Part shown: piece by piece, positions 1 through 11,043 of the stretch | Layout of the letters: each line of letters opens with the position of its first letter | Numbering within the stretch: position 1 is the stretch's first letter | NCBI GenBank assembly: GCA_032718475.1 | Contig: JAUCBJ010009041.1 | Coordinates: forward strand, 1 to 64,000 | Direction of reading: 5' to 3' | DNA from: Nemertoderma westbladi | Taxonomy: Eukaryota > Animalia > Xenacoelomorpha | DNA: 64,000 nt | Notes under the pieces: generated by a model | Told to the model about the DNA's origin: nothing | Database searches by the model: none | Seen by the model: the letters and a program-made list of their open reading frames with translations, nothing else | Translations under genes and position numbers: made by a program

Positions 1-39
1 AAATAAAATAATCCGATAAAATTTGAATACTAAGACAAA

Positions 40-3000
40 TTATAAGTTAGTACCAGTCATGGATTGATGTATAGGTGGCTGAAACCCTTTCACCATGGTA
101 ACCGGTATAACTTGCGTTCCAGAATGCTTGTATTTGCTCAATGTGCAAAATATTCTCCCATTGAGATCCTTTACTCTCTGTATCCGTTTTATCATCCGAG
201 GCAACGCGGCGGCTAGCCCTCCTGCCTTCCCCCCTCCAGAGAGCTCCGTCCCATCCTTCCCATCGTGCCGCTGAACGTAGAGTAAATGGTAACAGAAATC
301 CAACAACTCGAAACGGCGTCTTTGATCCAGCAGACTGATGATAACGCATCCCGCCCAGTTCAACCCATCACCGAATAACTCCTCTGGGGGGATTTCATGT
401 TCCCCGACCGGCATACAATAAACGAACTGCAAAGCGCTCCATAGACGGTGGAACTCTTCCGTTTCGTCGATGTTCATCACACCGTTAGGCGGTGGTCGCC
501 CCTTCCAAGAGCGATCCGTTAGGAATTGCTTGACCTGCTGTAAAACCTTCTCAAATATGGACAACCCCGGGAAGAACCTCTCATTCCTAAGCAGCTCCGC
601 TCCACAACAAAGTCTCTCGTTCGTTAGCAGTTCCGCTTCACGTGCTGTTCTCAGTTGCTCCGGGGTTCCCGATGTCTCTATCATTTTAATGATGTGTAGA
701 TTCTTGTATTTCACTTCCAATTCCTGTTTGCGATATAGCTCTTCCTTTTCCTTTCGAGTTTCGAACATAACATCGATGTTATTGTAGAAAGGCGCTGCCA
801 TTAGCAGATCAGAAACTTCCGCGAATGTCAAGTTTTGTTCGACATGAAAACAGAAAAGAATAGCATTTCCAAACTCCCTAAAGAAATTGAAGATCTCAGT
901 CCGAATAGCAGGGTACTTGAGAACGTCGTTCAGATGAGCTGTATAGTAAGCAAATATTCCTGAAGAGCCGTAGGAATAGCTTTGCATCTTGCAGTTACGT
1001 GGCATGTACATGTGGAGAAGAGTAACAGACTCCAGGATGTTGCTTATTATGTGATTATTAACTATCTCGAGAATTTCTTTGACAATTATTGATATTCCTT
1101 GGTAGCCAAGCATTCGAGCCATAACTCGAAAGTGGTGAGGCCCAATAAATCCAGTGTATTGGTCTGTGATGACCCCGTAGATTGCGTTAAACTGTTTAGA
1201 CCCATATACATACTGAGGTGGACGATTTGGTGGCTTCTGTCGAGTGTCATCTGTTGGGAGGAACTTCTGTTTGACAAAGCGATTAGTAAGATTGTTAAAG
1301 CAGTAGTTTGGAAGGAAGTCAGAGTTAACCTCCATTAAGGTATGTAGAGTGACCCTGCCATAGGGAGCTAAAACATTATTATCCGCTTCTTTGAACATTG
1401 CATCAAAGTCTGGGAGTTTCATGAACTCTGAAAGAATTTTGTGGGTCATTCTGTTGACATCGATGAGCACATATAAGTCAATAATGCCAGTGATATCAAC
1501 CCCTTCATAGCGTGTGATGGCATATTCGAGACTGGACATGAGTAATGCCCTAATCCGTTGCGTGAGCAAGTGGTTCAAATCAATAGAGCGGCCTAGAATT
1601 TGGACATGATGCTGTTTGAGCAGAGTCGAGTAGCGATTAGAGGCAGGATAGTTGATCACGATTGGTGGCTGAAAATTGGCGCATTCTGAGCTGAACCTCT
1701 GATCGAGGAGAATTGATGCTGCCTGGCATTTATAGTGCTGAAATATTTGCTCAGAGAGTTTATAAGCAAACTGATCAAAACAAAGATTAACCTCTGCCTC
1801 AACTTCGTCATACAAAAATTGCTTTTTGAAGGTCGTGAGGGAGTACTGGGCCGAGTCATTATAAAGATCTAAAGGATATAGGACATACTCCATCATTGAA
1901 CTGTCCTTGGTCTCCAAAATGTGATCAGTTAGAATCCACGGCATTGACATTTCGATAGGAAACTGAATGTGCTCACCCATGGTCATCTCAAGGAAAAACT
2001 CACGAAACCATAGCTGAGAGAGATCGCAGCATTCGATTACAGTTCGGTTGAAATTCATCATATGAGTGTAAAAGAAAGAAGCCGCGTGGAATTCATCCAT
2101 CGTTGGTAGACATGCAGTTGGGAGATCCTTACGAAGCGGTTTCTTAGATGCCCCCGCAGAACGATCTATAATCAAACTCTCCAGCATCGTACGAACCATA
2201 TACAACTGCGTAGATGATGGACCTGCAGAACGTCTGTTTAGTGGGATAGTGAAAGGAGACGACTTGAGATCGGGTTCACCCTTGAGACATAGATCATCCA
2301 CGGGTTCCTGGCCATTCAGCCAATCAGCTGCAGTCTCTCGAATACTCAAAAGAATTGCTTTGGCCCAAGTCTTCTTTTTTCTAACAGTGTATCTGATTGC
2401 ATCACGGAGTTGATGCTGTACAAATGTCTGCAACTCGTTGTAGATGGTTCGCAAAATCCCTTCCATAAGAACCCCTTCCATGCGTAGCAATAATGCTTGC
2501 ACCCCTTTTACCATAGCGATGACTTCTATAAGCGCTAACTTCTCCTCTGAAGTGTAATTATACCGAGTCGCCCGCTCATAATCTTCAGAGCTCCCAGGGC
2601 AGGCGTTTTTATCAACAGGATGAACAAGCTTCCACGAGTACAATTCCATGATTTTGGATGACCATTTTGAGAGTAACATGACTCCTCGGTGTGACAAAAC
2701 ATACAATTCCTTGTTGTACTCATCTGAAGAATTTCGCGACTTTTGGGTAATAAACACATCATTGGAATGCTTTGCAAAGTCACTGATGTACTTGTCATGC
2801 TCTTCTCTGATTCTGATCAGAGCTTCTACCAAGTTATATTGCAATCCCACAGAGCTATGTGTGCAGGTCCATTTCGATTGATTGTCTTTGTAGTTGTGCC
2901 CCATGGCGATGTAGTTACTCAATTCGATTTGCATATCTCCATATAATGGGACAACCTGCAGATTCTTGAAAAATTTATCAATCTTTGAAAGTGAAAGTTG

Positions 3001-3864
3001 TTTTTTATGTTCAAGTTTGTAGATGTTGCAAGTAGAACTGTCAGCTAAATAAAGTCCAAAACCCATGACCTTTAACAGCATGTGTTTCTCCTGAGGAAGT
3101 AAATACTTCTTATCTTCATACATACTTACGCAGCAATTGACAATGTCAATCAAAAGATCTTCGTACCCTGGAATGGATTCCAGGTTCTTCTTCAAAGTTT
3201 GGGTTATTTGATTGTGTTGGGCGAGAAACATGGCGAGTTTCTGCGATTCGCCTTGGCCTCTTTCATTGAGGCGACGGGAGCACTGCGACGCCCTTCGGTA
3301 CAACGCGTAGTCGTTCTTTATACTCGACTTCATGTTCTTGAGAGAGTCGAGGACTGCAAACATGTTGATAAACTTTCCCATTGTTAGAAAGTATGTCTCC
3401 GAAACAAAATCTTTTCGACGCTCTTGATGGCAGATTTTCCTCGCCTCTTGGCAAAATCTTTCAATGGCGATGTCTTGGAAATACATAAAATTCTTTAGTG
3501 GTTTCAATTCGGGCTCGAATATTTGAAGAATCTTGTCGTAGATCTCCATTCGATCCGGTTGATCGTTTGATTTGATCGCTGGGATCGCCCTGCTGCAAGA
3601 CCGCCATGTATACAGCATGATGGCATAGTCCTTGCCTTCCTCCAACAGCTTGTTGAGTTCGGATTGGACAACCGCCTCCTCTTTGTATTTTGCCATGCCG
3701 GTTATAAATCCGGAATTATCTTGGAAGTTTGTATCGAAACTAGCCTGGTAGAGAACAGCAGCACCCGACGCCTGGATACATGGTTGCCTTTGGTCCCCAC
3801 TCTGAAACTCTACCAATAGTTCAATGTTACTAATAGCATCAGCCAATGTCACTTCCGCCGTCAT
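40..3864 (-). CDS. CYFIP: Cytoplasmic FMR1-interacting protein (CYFIP/Sra1/PIR121), WAVE regulatory complex subunit; single coding exon, about 1274 aa
   Basis: Full-length uninterrupted ORF with family motifs MLYTWRSCSRAIP, VVPLYGDMQI, EDYERATRYNY, GPSSTQLYMVRTMLESLI, DLSQLWFREFFLE, IQFPIEMSMPWILTDHIL, EFHRLWSALQFVYC. First ATG is at 3864; the ORF track starts at the preceding GTG. Confidence 0.97.
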   Translation of the reverse strand: MTAEVTLADAISNIELLVEFQSGDQRQPCIQASGAAVLYQASFDTNFQDNSGFITGMAKYKEEAVVQSELNKLLEEGKDYAIMLYTWRSCSRAIPAIKSNDQPDRMEIYDKILQIFEPELKPLKNFMYFQDIAIERFCQEARKICHQERRKDFVSETYFLTMGKFINMFAVLDSLKNMKSSIKNDYALYRRASQCSRRLNERGQGESQKLAMFLAQHNQITQTLKKNLESIPGYEDLLIDIVNCCVSMYEDKKYLLPQEKHMLLKVMGFGLYLADSSTCNIYKLEHKKQLSLSKIDKFFKNLQVVPLYGDMQIELSNYIAMGHNYKDNQSKWTCTHSSVGLQYNLVEALIRIREEHDKYISDFAKHSNDVFITQKSRNSSDEYNKELYVLSHRGVMLLSKWSSKIMELYSWKLVHPVDKNACPGSSEDYERATRYNYTSEEKLALIEVIAMVKGVQALLLRMEGVLMEGILRTIYNELQTFVQHQLRDAIRYTVRKKKTWAKAILLSIRETAADWLNGQEPVDDLCLKGEPDLKSSPFTIPLNRRSAGPSSTQLYMVRTMLESLIIDRSAGASKKPLRKDLPTACLPTMDEFHAASFFYTHMMNFNRTVIECCDLSQLWFREFFLEMTMGEHIQFPIEMSMPWILTDHILETKDSSMMEYVLYPLDLYNDSAQYSLTTFKKQFLYDEVEAEVNLCFDQFAYKLSEQIFQHYKCQAASILLDQRFSSECANFQPPIVINYPASNRYSTLLKQHHVQILGRSIDLNHLLTQRIRALLMSSLEYAITRYEGVDITGIIDLYVLIDVNRMTHKILSEFMKLPDFDAMFKEADNNVLAPYGRVTLHTLMEVNSDFLPNYCFNNLTNRFVKQKFLPTDDTRQKPPNRPPQYVYGSKQFNAIYGVITDQYTGFIGPHHFRVMARMLGYQGISIIVKEILEIVNNHIISNILESVTLLHMYMPRNCKMQSYSYGSSGIFAYYTAHLNDVLKYPAIRTEIFNFFREFGNAILFCFHVEQNLTFAEVSDLLMAAPFYNNIDVMFETRKEKEELYRKQELEVKYKNLHIIKMIETSGTPEQLRTAREAELLTNERLCCGAELLRNERFFPGLSIFEKVLQQVKQFLTDRSWKGRPPPNGVMNIDETEEFHRLWSALQFVYCMPVGEHEIPPEELFGDGLNWAGCVIISLLDQRRRFELLDFCYHLLYVQRHDGKDGTELSGGGKAGGLAAALPRMIKRIQRVKDLNGRIFCTLSKYKHSGTQVIPVTMVKGFQPPIHQSMTGTNL

Positions 3865-4329
3865 CACTGATCTGAATACTATATCGTATTAATAATCGAT
3901 CAATAACTGTATCAAATAGATCCGATACACTTTAAAATATTATCAATTTATCATACTAAACAACATAAAGCATAGTTAGTAGGCCTTCACAGTATATATT
4001 TGGATGGGTTGTAGTAGTTAGGTGGCTATTCAATTATTATTTGAGTAAATAAAAAAACAAATAAAATTCCAAATTTAAAACAGTAATAATCAGAAATTGT
4101 AATGAGAACTATTGAAAGTTTAACAAAAATACAATTTATAGTATAGCAGTGTATTTATAGTATAAACAGTACTACAATAGTAAATTCCACAAAATTGCCT
4201 TTTTCACCAATTTAAAAATTACATTTCAAGAAAAAAAAATTGAACTTGAAAAGGAGATGAGATGAAAACTAATCGGCCTCCTGCATTGCAACTGCACATT
4301 GAGATAAATTCCGTACCGGCTTAACAAAA

Positions 4330-4725
4330 AGACTGTCACCACCATGCAATCCACAATTAGCAAGCCCAATGAAGCATATCATCTTCAAGGCCAGTGTCCT
4401 TTAGGAGGTGTCTCTCAAACGTCTTGGGCTGTCCACCTTTCTCTAAGGGGCTGCCAAAGCACAAGATTGTGAGGTGAGACGGCGAATACAATCTCCTCCA
4501 AAGCGGAGGCGGATTTGTTCTAGTGTCAAGCTTGGGGGAACCAATGAGACACCTCCAATGTTATATAATGTATGGTTGGAGATGTGTGCATTGTACTTGA
4601 CACAGTGAACCCGACGTAGCATTCTTATGAATGTGCCATACAGAGATGTGGTGTCCTCAGCAGTTAGAGCCCAGCGTGGACTCCCATAGAGGAGTACTGG
4701 AAGTATTATGTGGTGAAAAGTAATT
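4330..4725 (-). mobile_element. Degenerate 3' fragment of an RTE-clade non-LTR retrotransposon ORF
   Basis: Translation ILPVLLYGSPRWALT...GTFIRMLRRV...HISNHTLY...IRLRFGGDCIR, followed out of frame by GGQPKTFERHLLKDTG. This matches the post-RT region of RTE elements (LLYGxExW..RMLR..RL.xAGH..GRP..D.G). Confidence 0.8.
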
Positions 4726-4894
4726 AGTGGAAAATAATTTCGTATTACTGTACATGACACACAAATAGCTTTCTCCCATCACACATTGATGTATAATAAA
4801 CCTTTTGGACGCAAGCCCTGGCTCGGCAAATTATTCATCTTGGGGTGACGGCGAGGGGCATAAAAGCGCATTATTTTGTTTTAATATAAATAAA

Positions 4895-5030
4895 AGTTAT
4901 ATTTACCTTCTGGTTCCACAATCTATCTTATTGACCTTCGATCTTTGCGATCGCTCGGTAAATAAGTGACCTTGGAGTGAGCAGTAAATGAACCCACTTT
5001 TATATACTGTAAAATAAATAGTAAATATTT
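4895..5030. repeat. Imperfect palindromic dispersed repeat (Crypton-like non-autonomous terminus), diverged copy
   Basis: Shares tatttacc...cgctcggtaaat...gtaaat...aataaatagt.aatat with 7797-7930; family assignment is from resemblance only. Confidence 0.45.
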
Positions 5031-5920
5031 GAATATCATATTATTTTACACACCCAAACATTATACTATCATTATTTCAAATTAATGAAATTATTACTAT
5101 CAGTGTTAGTTGAGGTTTGTGTTACAGAATTTACATGGTTGGTTTTTTACAAATTGCCCTCTCTAAATATTACAGGCACGAGTTGGGATAATTACACGAA
5201 CGAGGAAAGTGAGCGAGTTAATTAAATATGAAACAAGTTATGTGGACCGTCGTGCTATAATCAGTGTACTTATGTGCCAATACTATACCGGTACGGGATG
5301 TTGTTGTGTAAAGATCCATTCTGACATAACCCTAAACTAGAAGGTGAATTACTCTGCATTAGTGCCAAATAATATAGTTCGCTTTAGTGCTGACTGAGTA
5401 ATTACTAAGTCTTTCAATTAATTCTCCCCCCTTAAAGTATATAGGTAAATTTAAATTTAGATAAGACTATGGTTAAGGATTTATCCCTGGAAAATAGATA
5501 ATTAATATTTTAGTGTCATTTTCTGATTACACGGACCCCCATCCCTCCCCACATTTCAGGTATTCTACAAATCATTATCATGTTGCTTGAAATTTGAAAC
5601 ACAACCACTTAAAAACACCGTCGATGTCTCATTAAAACAACATTTCCTAAGATACATTCATATTATTAACAATTTGATTATAAAAATTAATATTTTACAC
5701 GTTTTTGGTGCCACCAGCCTCTTCCTCGTTAATTTTGGCACATAAATCAAATGCTTTCTATTAATGCGCATTACATGAACACTAAATATATTTAATCAAA
5801 CATCGCAAACGTTCAAGTTGTATGATTTTTATGAATAAAGTAACCATAACACTTTCCCGGAGTGATCGCTAGAGGGAGCTATGATACGGTGTCTATAAAT
5901 AGATTGGCCAATAATTATTA

Positions 5921-6265
5921 TCAGAGAGTCCCCTAAAAGTAACAGTAGTGAGAGAGTGGCCCCTCAGAGAGTCCCCTAAAAGTAACAGTAGTGAGAGAGT
6001 GGCCAATCAGAGAGTCCCCTAAAAGTAACAGTAGTGAGAGAGTGGCAAATCAGAGAGTCCCCTAAATGTAACAGTAATGAGAGAGTGGCCAATCAGAGAG
6101 TCCCCTAAAAGTAACAGTAGTGAGAGAGTGGCCAATCAGAGAGTCCCCTAAAAGTAACAGTAGTGAGAGAGTGGCCAATCAGAGAGTCCCCTAAATGTAA
6201 CAGTAGTGAGAGAGTGGCCAATCAGAGAGTCCCCTAAAAGTAACAGTAATGAGAGAGTGGCCAAT
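5921..6265. repeat. 43-bp minisatellite, about 8 copies
   Basis: Unit tcagagagtcccctaaaagtaacagtagtgagagagtggccaa. Confidence 0.97.
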
Positions 6266-6293
6266 GTGATGTTTTTATAGCCACATAAATGGT

Positions 6294-6380
6294 TTGTGGG
6301 GCGAACCACGAAAGTAAGCGAGCTTAGCATGTGGTCGGTGATGCTGTCGTTCTGTTAGTTGTTCTGTCGTATAATTATTC
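6294..6380 (+). mobile_element. End fragment of a Helentron/DINE-1-like non-autonomous element
   Basis: gtggggcga(a/g)ccacgaaagtaagcgagcttagcat is shared with 29681, and both are followed by tctgt-rich microsatellite-like sequence. Confidence 0.5.
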
Positions 6381-7459
6381 TCCATAAGGCTAACATTTTA
6401 GTTTGAAATATAAAAATCTGTTATAATAATAATATAATTGTTGTATTTAATTAATATCGTGGTTCACATTGAACAGTGTAAATTGTTAATCGCGGTTTTC
6501 ATTGAAACATCTCGACTTGTTTTATTTATTACAAAAATAAGAGTGAATTTGTCTTATCACTTCTTGTGCGCGATTGTATTGAATTCATGACAATTGCTGT
6601 TATTATTATTAATCAATTGACACCTCGACTCCTCTCTGAGACTCCGACTATTCTATCCGATAGAATAAAATAATCATTTCGCTAACTGCTCTCTATCTTC
6701 TATAATCACAACATCTTTTATAATTCATTAGATGATTACAACATAATAATTACAGTTTGAAGTTGTCTAGAAAATTTCTCGTACACCACCAGGACTACCC
6801 TCACACTAATTTATTATCAGACAGAATAAAAAGCTTTTACTTGACTCGTACTGTCTCCTACGACTTGCTTCACGGGCCGCTAGGCCCGTCTCTAGTTTGA
6901 CTATAGTTTGTTTCACAATATTTGGGAAAATATAAGTTATTGATCACATAAGTAGCTAGGCAACAACTGTATGTATGCCTATAAAATAAATTTATTGTTA
7001 AAATTAACATTATTTACCGCTCAGTCAATGGGCTAGCTGTAAATAGATTTGCATTATTTACCTAGGTAGAAGGGGATTATTGCTCATCAATCAGTCAACT
7101 TTGCACTGTAATAAATTTTATTTATTTAATGAGTAGCTACGACTAGTAAACTGACATCAAGTAAGTAATTATCTTCAAATATATAATTATGTTCCAGAAT
7201 ATTGTGTATTTATTTATTAAATATAATAAATGGCCTGTCCTGCAGGCTGTAACGGATGCTAATACCTACACTTTTTGAACGCCCGTATCTCAGCTATTTC
7301 TCAACAACATTAATAGTTATTTACAAATTTGGAATCCTTTCAACAACACCTTTTCCTTGGTATCAACAAATCACAATAAGGACGAATAATAACTGCGGTG
7401 CGACTGGTGCAATGTTTAATTACTTATTAAACAATAATATGTTTTGAATGGGAGAATCT

Positions 7460-7702
7460 TTAAGGCTCGTTAAGCCAAGGAATGCCTTTTCACCACCATG
7501 GTGATCTTCCACAGTAAACCCTTCCACTATGTTTCCCAAGTTGCCTTGGTTCCCATTTATCAACCACTGAAGGATGAAAGCCGGGGTTGGGCTAGGCTGC
7601 AGCATTTAAAGCACTGTGCCCAAACAGTACTGCCCCATCTAGGGATCGAACCAGGGCTCCCTAATTGGAAGCCCAGTAATGTCACCACTAGACCAAGCTG
7701 CA
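7460..7702 (-). mobile_element. tRNA-derived SINE with a Nin/Deu-like central domain
   Basis: Minus strand: A box tggtctagtgg, B box ggttcgatccc, then ctttcatccttcagtggttgataaatgggaacc, related to the core of the SINE at 19210. Confidence 0.8.
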
Positions 7703-7796
7703 GTATATGTATGTATAATATGTTTTAATAATATAATAATAATAATAATAGGATGATTTTTAACAATAAAATTACATGTTGTGCGATAAATAAAAC

Positions 7797-7930
7797 ACGT
7801 TATTTACCTTTACGTCCCTCGATCTGACTTATTTACCCTCTTCGCTGCGCTCGGTCGGTAAATGACAGATCTCGGGACGAACGGTAAATAAAGTATATAA
7901 TATTTACCGTACAATAAATAGTTAATATTG
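7797..7930. repeat. Long imperfect hairpin repeat (Crypton-like non-autonomous terminus)
   Basis: Nested inverted arms tatttacc/ggtaaata, cgtccc/gggacg, gatctg/cagatc, atttacc/ggtaaat; related copy at 4895. Confidence 0.5.
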
Positions 7931-8129
7931 CGTAGTTACACTTATAAACAAAATGTTCCAGAACGTTGTGTGTATTTTTTTTTTTTTAAAGAGAATGACT
8001 TTCTCCTGCGAACGTTAATTGTTGCCATATTTGAACGCCTGTGTATCAAGTGTTTGTAGCAGCTGTATCAACTGTTTGTATCAGTTGAATCAGCTGTTTG
8101 TATCAGTTGTATCATGGTCCGTGTCATTA

Positions 8130-8350
8130 GAAAATGATACGGAATTACGTGTCGAAGGCTTTTGTAAGTTCGAGAAAAGCCTCGTTTAAATTGCTATGAA
8201 AAAAATAATAGTAGAATTGTTAATTTTTTTTAAAGTAGAATTTACATTATTCAGTGGCCTTATATTTAAACCAGTAATGTTGAAAAAATCCTGGACCATA
8301 TCCTAAAATATTCAACTATTTCAAACAATTCAATTAAATATATGAAAATT
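8130..8350 (-). mobile_element. Highly decayed LINE reverse-transcriptase remnant (CR1/L2-like)
   Basis: Minus strand reads EAFLELTKAFDT*, matching the RT motif FLDLxKAFD; stops and frameshifts around it, extent uncertain. Confidence 0.5.
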
Positions 8351-8929
8351 CCAACCAAATAAAAATACATTCAATGGATGAAATTATTTTTCAATAATTA
8401 TTTACGTCGAATTTATCCTTGAAATTCAATATTGTCTGTTTGGTTACTTTTTGAGAGTTTGGCCTGTGAGAATGTTATAAAACTAATTTAAATACCAAAA
8501 CTAATTTAATAGACGGATCTAATACGAATATTGTACAACCGGAATTAATATTGTACGAATTAACAACATTACATCGACATCTATAATCAAACATTAAACA
8601 ATAATTTTAAATACAAAGTTCAAACGAACTGAACTTATTGTGTTTTTGGATAGCAATATTTGTATTATCAAACCAAATGTATTGTATATTCCATAAAGCA
8701 GATACGCGGTGGCAAACAACATTCACCAGTAACAGAGCAAATAATTGATTTACGAGATGTGAAATCAATGTCTGGGTTATTTTATAGCAGACCTATCTAT
8801 ACACCTGTGTCCTGCTATTGACGCAATATCAACAGACTATTTCTTTCTTCGTTTGTAAAATAAGTAATTATGAAAGTACAGTTTTTGTAAAAATATTCGT
8901 TAGTCGTTGTATATTGTGAAACAAAACTC

Positions 8930-9125
8930 CGGGGGCAACCGAAGGTTACGTCTAACGGATGTTACCTATAAGGTACCACATTAACTCCCAAGGTTGAACA
9001 CTCTACAACTATCCAACCCTTTACCCCCTCCCCCTCCCAAGCAGCAGAAGCCAAGGTCTCATAGTACAGCAGGGTTTACGTGAGTACTACTATCGACTAA
9101 AGTGTCTTGCTTAAGGACACAACAA
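8930..9125 (-). mobile_element. Headless SINE fragment related to the SINE at 37498-37745
   Basis: Shares gcaacc(c)gaagg, acctataagg, taactcccaaggttga and atccaacccttt with the 37.5 kb element; carries the common SINE motif gttgtgtccttaagcaagacacttt on the minus strand. Confidence 0.65.
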
Positions 9126-9188
9126 AGCAAAATATATAGGCCTACAGCCTTTTGTCGAATTTGAAAAAGCGCCGTGGAAACTATTGTG

Positions 9189-10937
9189 AAAGTAGTTAAG
9201 GAGCTGTATCCCCTCCCTCGTGTGTAAAGTAGTTAAGGAGCTGTATCCCCTCCCTCGTGAGTAAAGTAGTTAAGGAGCTGTATCCCCTCCCTCGTGTGTA
9301 AAGTAGTTTAAGGAGCTGTATCCCTTCCCTCGTGTGTAAAGTAGTTAAGGAGCTGTATCCCCTCCCTCGAGTGTAAAGTAGTTAAGGAGCTGTATCCCCT
9401 CCCTCGTGTGTAAAGTAGTTTAAGGAGCTGTATCCCCTCCCTCGTGTGTAAAGTAGTTTAAGGAGCTGTATCCCCTCCCTCGTGTGTAAAGTAGTTAAGG
9501 AGCTGTATCCCCTCCCTCGAGTGTAAAGTAGTTAAGTAGCTGTATCCCCTTCCTCGTGTGTAAAGTAGTTAAGGAGCTGTATCCCCTCCCTCGTGTGTAA
9601 AGTAGTTAAGGAGCTGTATCCCCTCCCTCGTGTGTAAAGTAGTTAAGGAGCTGTATCCCCTCCCTCGAGTGTAAAGTAGTTAAGGAGCTGTATCCCCTCC
9701 CTCGTGTGTAAAGTAGTTTAAGGAGCTGTATCCCCTCCCTCGTGTGTAAAGTAGTTAAGGAGCTGTATCCCCTCCCTCGAGTGTAAAGTAGTTAAGGAGC
9801 TGTATCCCCTCCCTCGTGTGTAAAGTAGTTAAGTAGCTGTATCCCCTTCCTCGTGTGTAAAGTAGTTAAGGAGCTGTATCCCCTCCCTCGTGTGTATAGT
9901 AGTTAAGGAGCTGTATCCCCTCCCTCGTGTGTAAAGTAGTTTAAGGAGCTGTATCCCCTCCCTCGTGTGTAAAGTAGTTAAGGAGCTGTATCCCCTCCCT
10001 CGTGTGTAAAGTAGTTAAGGAGCTGTATCCCCTCCCTCGTGTGTAAAGTAGTTAAGGAGCTGTATCCCCTCCCTCGTGTGTAAAGTAGTTAAGGAGCTGT
10101 ATCCCCTCCCTCGTGTGTAAAGTAGTTAAGGAGCTGTATCCCCTCCCTCGTGTGTAAAGTAGTTAAGGAGCTGTATCCCCTCCCTCGTGTGTAAGTGGTT
10201 AAGGAGCTGTATCCCCTCCCTCGTGTGTAAAGTAGTTTAAGGAGCTGTATCCCCTCCCTCGTGTGTAAAGTAGTTAAGGAGCTGTATCCCCTCCCTCGTG
10301 TGTAAAGTAGTTAAGGAGCTGTATCCCCTCCCTCGTGTGTAAAGTAGTTAAGGAGCTGTATCCCCTCCCTCGTGTGTAAAGTAGTTTAAGGAGCTGTATC
10401 TCCTCCCTCGTGTGTAAAGTAGTTAAGGAGCTGTATCCCCTCCCTCGTGTGTAAAGTAGTTAAGGAGCTGTATCCCCTCCCTCGTGTGTAAAGTAGTTTA
10501 AGGAGCTGTATCCCCTCCCTCGTGTGTAAAGTAGTTAAGGAGCTGTATCCCCTCCCTCGTGTGTAAAGTAGTTAAGGAGCTGTATCCCCTCCCTCGTGTG
10601 TAAAGTAGTTAAGGAGCTGTATCCCCTCCCTCGTGTGTAAAGTAGTTAAGGAGCTGTATCCCCTCCCTCGTGTGTAAAGTAGTTAAGGAGCTGTATCCCC
10701 TCCCTCGTGTGTAAAGTAGTTAAGGAGCTGTATCCCCTCCCTCGTGTGTAAAGTAGTTAAGGAGCTGTATCCCCTCCCTCGTGTGTAAAGTAGTTAAGGA
10801 GCTGTATCCCCTCCCTCGTGTGTAAAGTAGTTAAGGAGCTGTATCCCCTCCCTCGTGTGTAAAGTAGTTAAGGAGCTGTATCCCCTCCCTCGAGTGTAAA
10901 GTAGTTAAGGAGCTGTATCCCCTCCCTCGTGTGTAAA
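9189..10937. repeat. 37-bp minisatellite, about 47 copies
   Basis: Unit aaagtagttaaggagctgtatcccctccctcgtgtgt with occasional +t and single-base variants. Confidence 0.98.
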
Positions 10938-11043
10938 AATTAACTTTGCCCACATTAGGATGACAATGGCGGTTAAAATATAAAATAAAATGATCATACA
11001 TTCATTATCCACAGTTTCAACTGAAATAAATACTTTCAGTTTA

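Noticed and set aside
47-3454. Small ORFs overlapping CYFIP, and likewise those overlapping the TRIM gene
   Set aside because: Antisense or off-frame shadows of real coding sequence with no recognisable motifs
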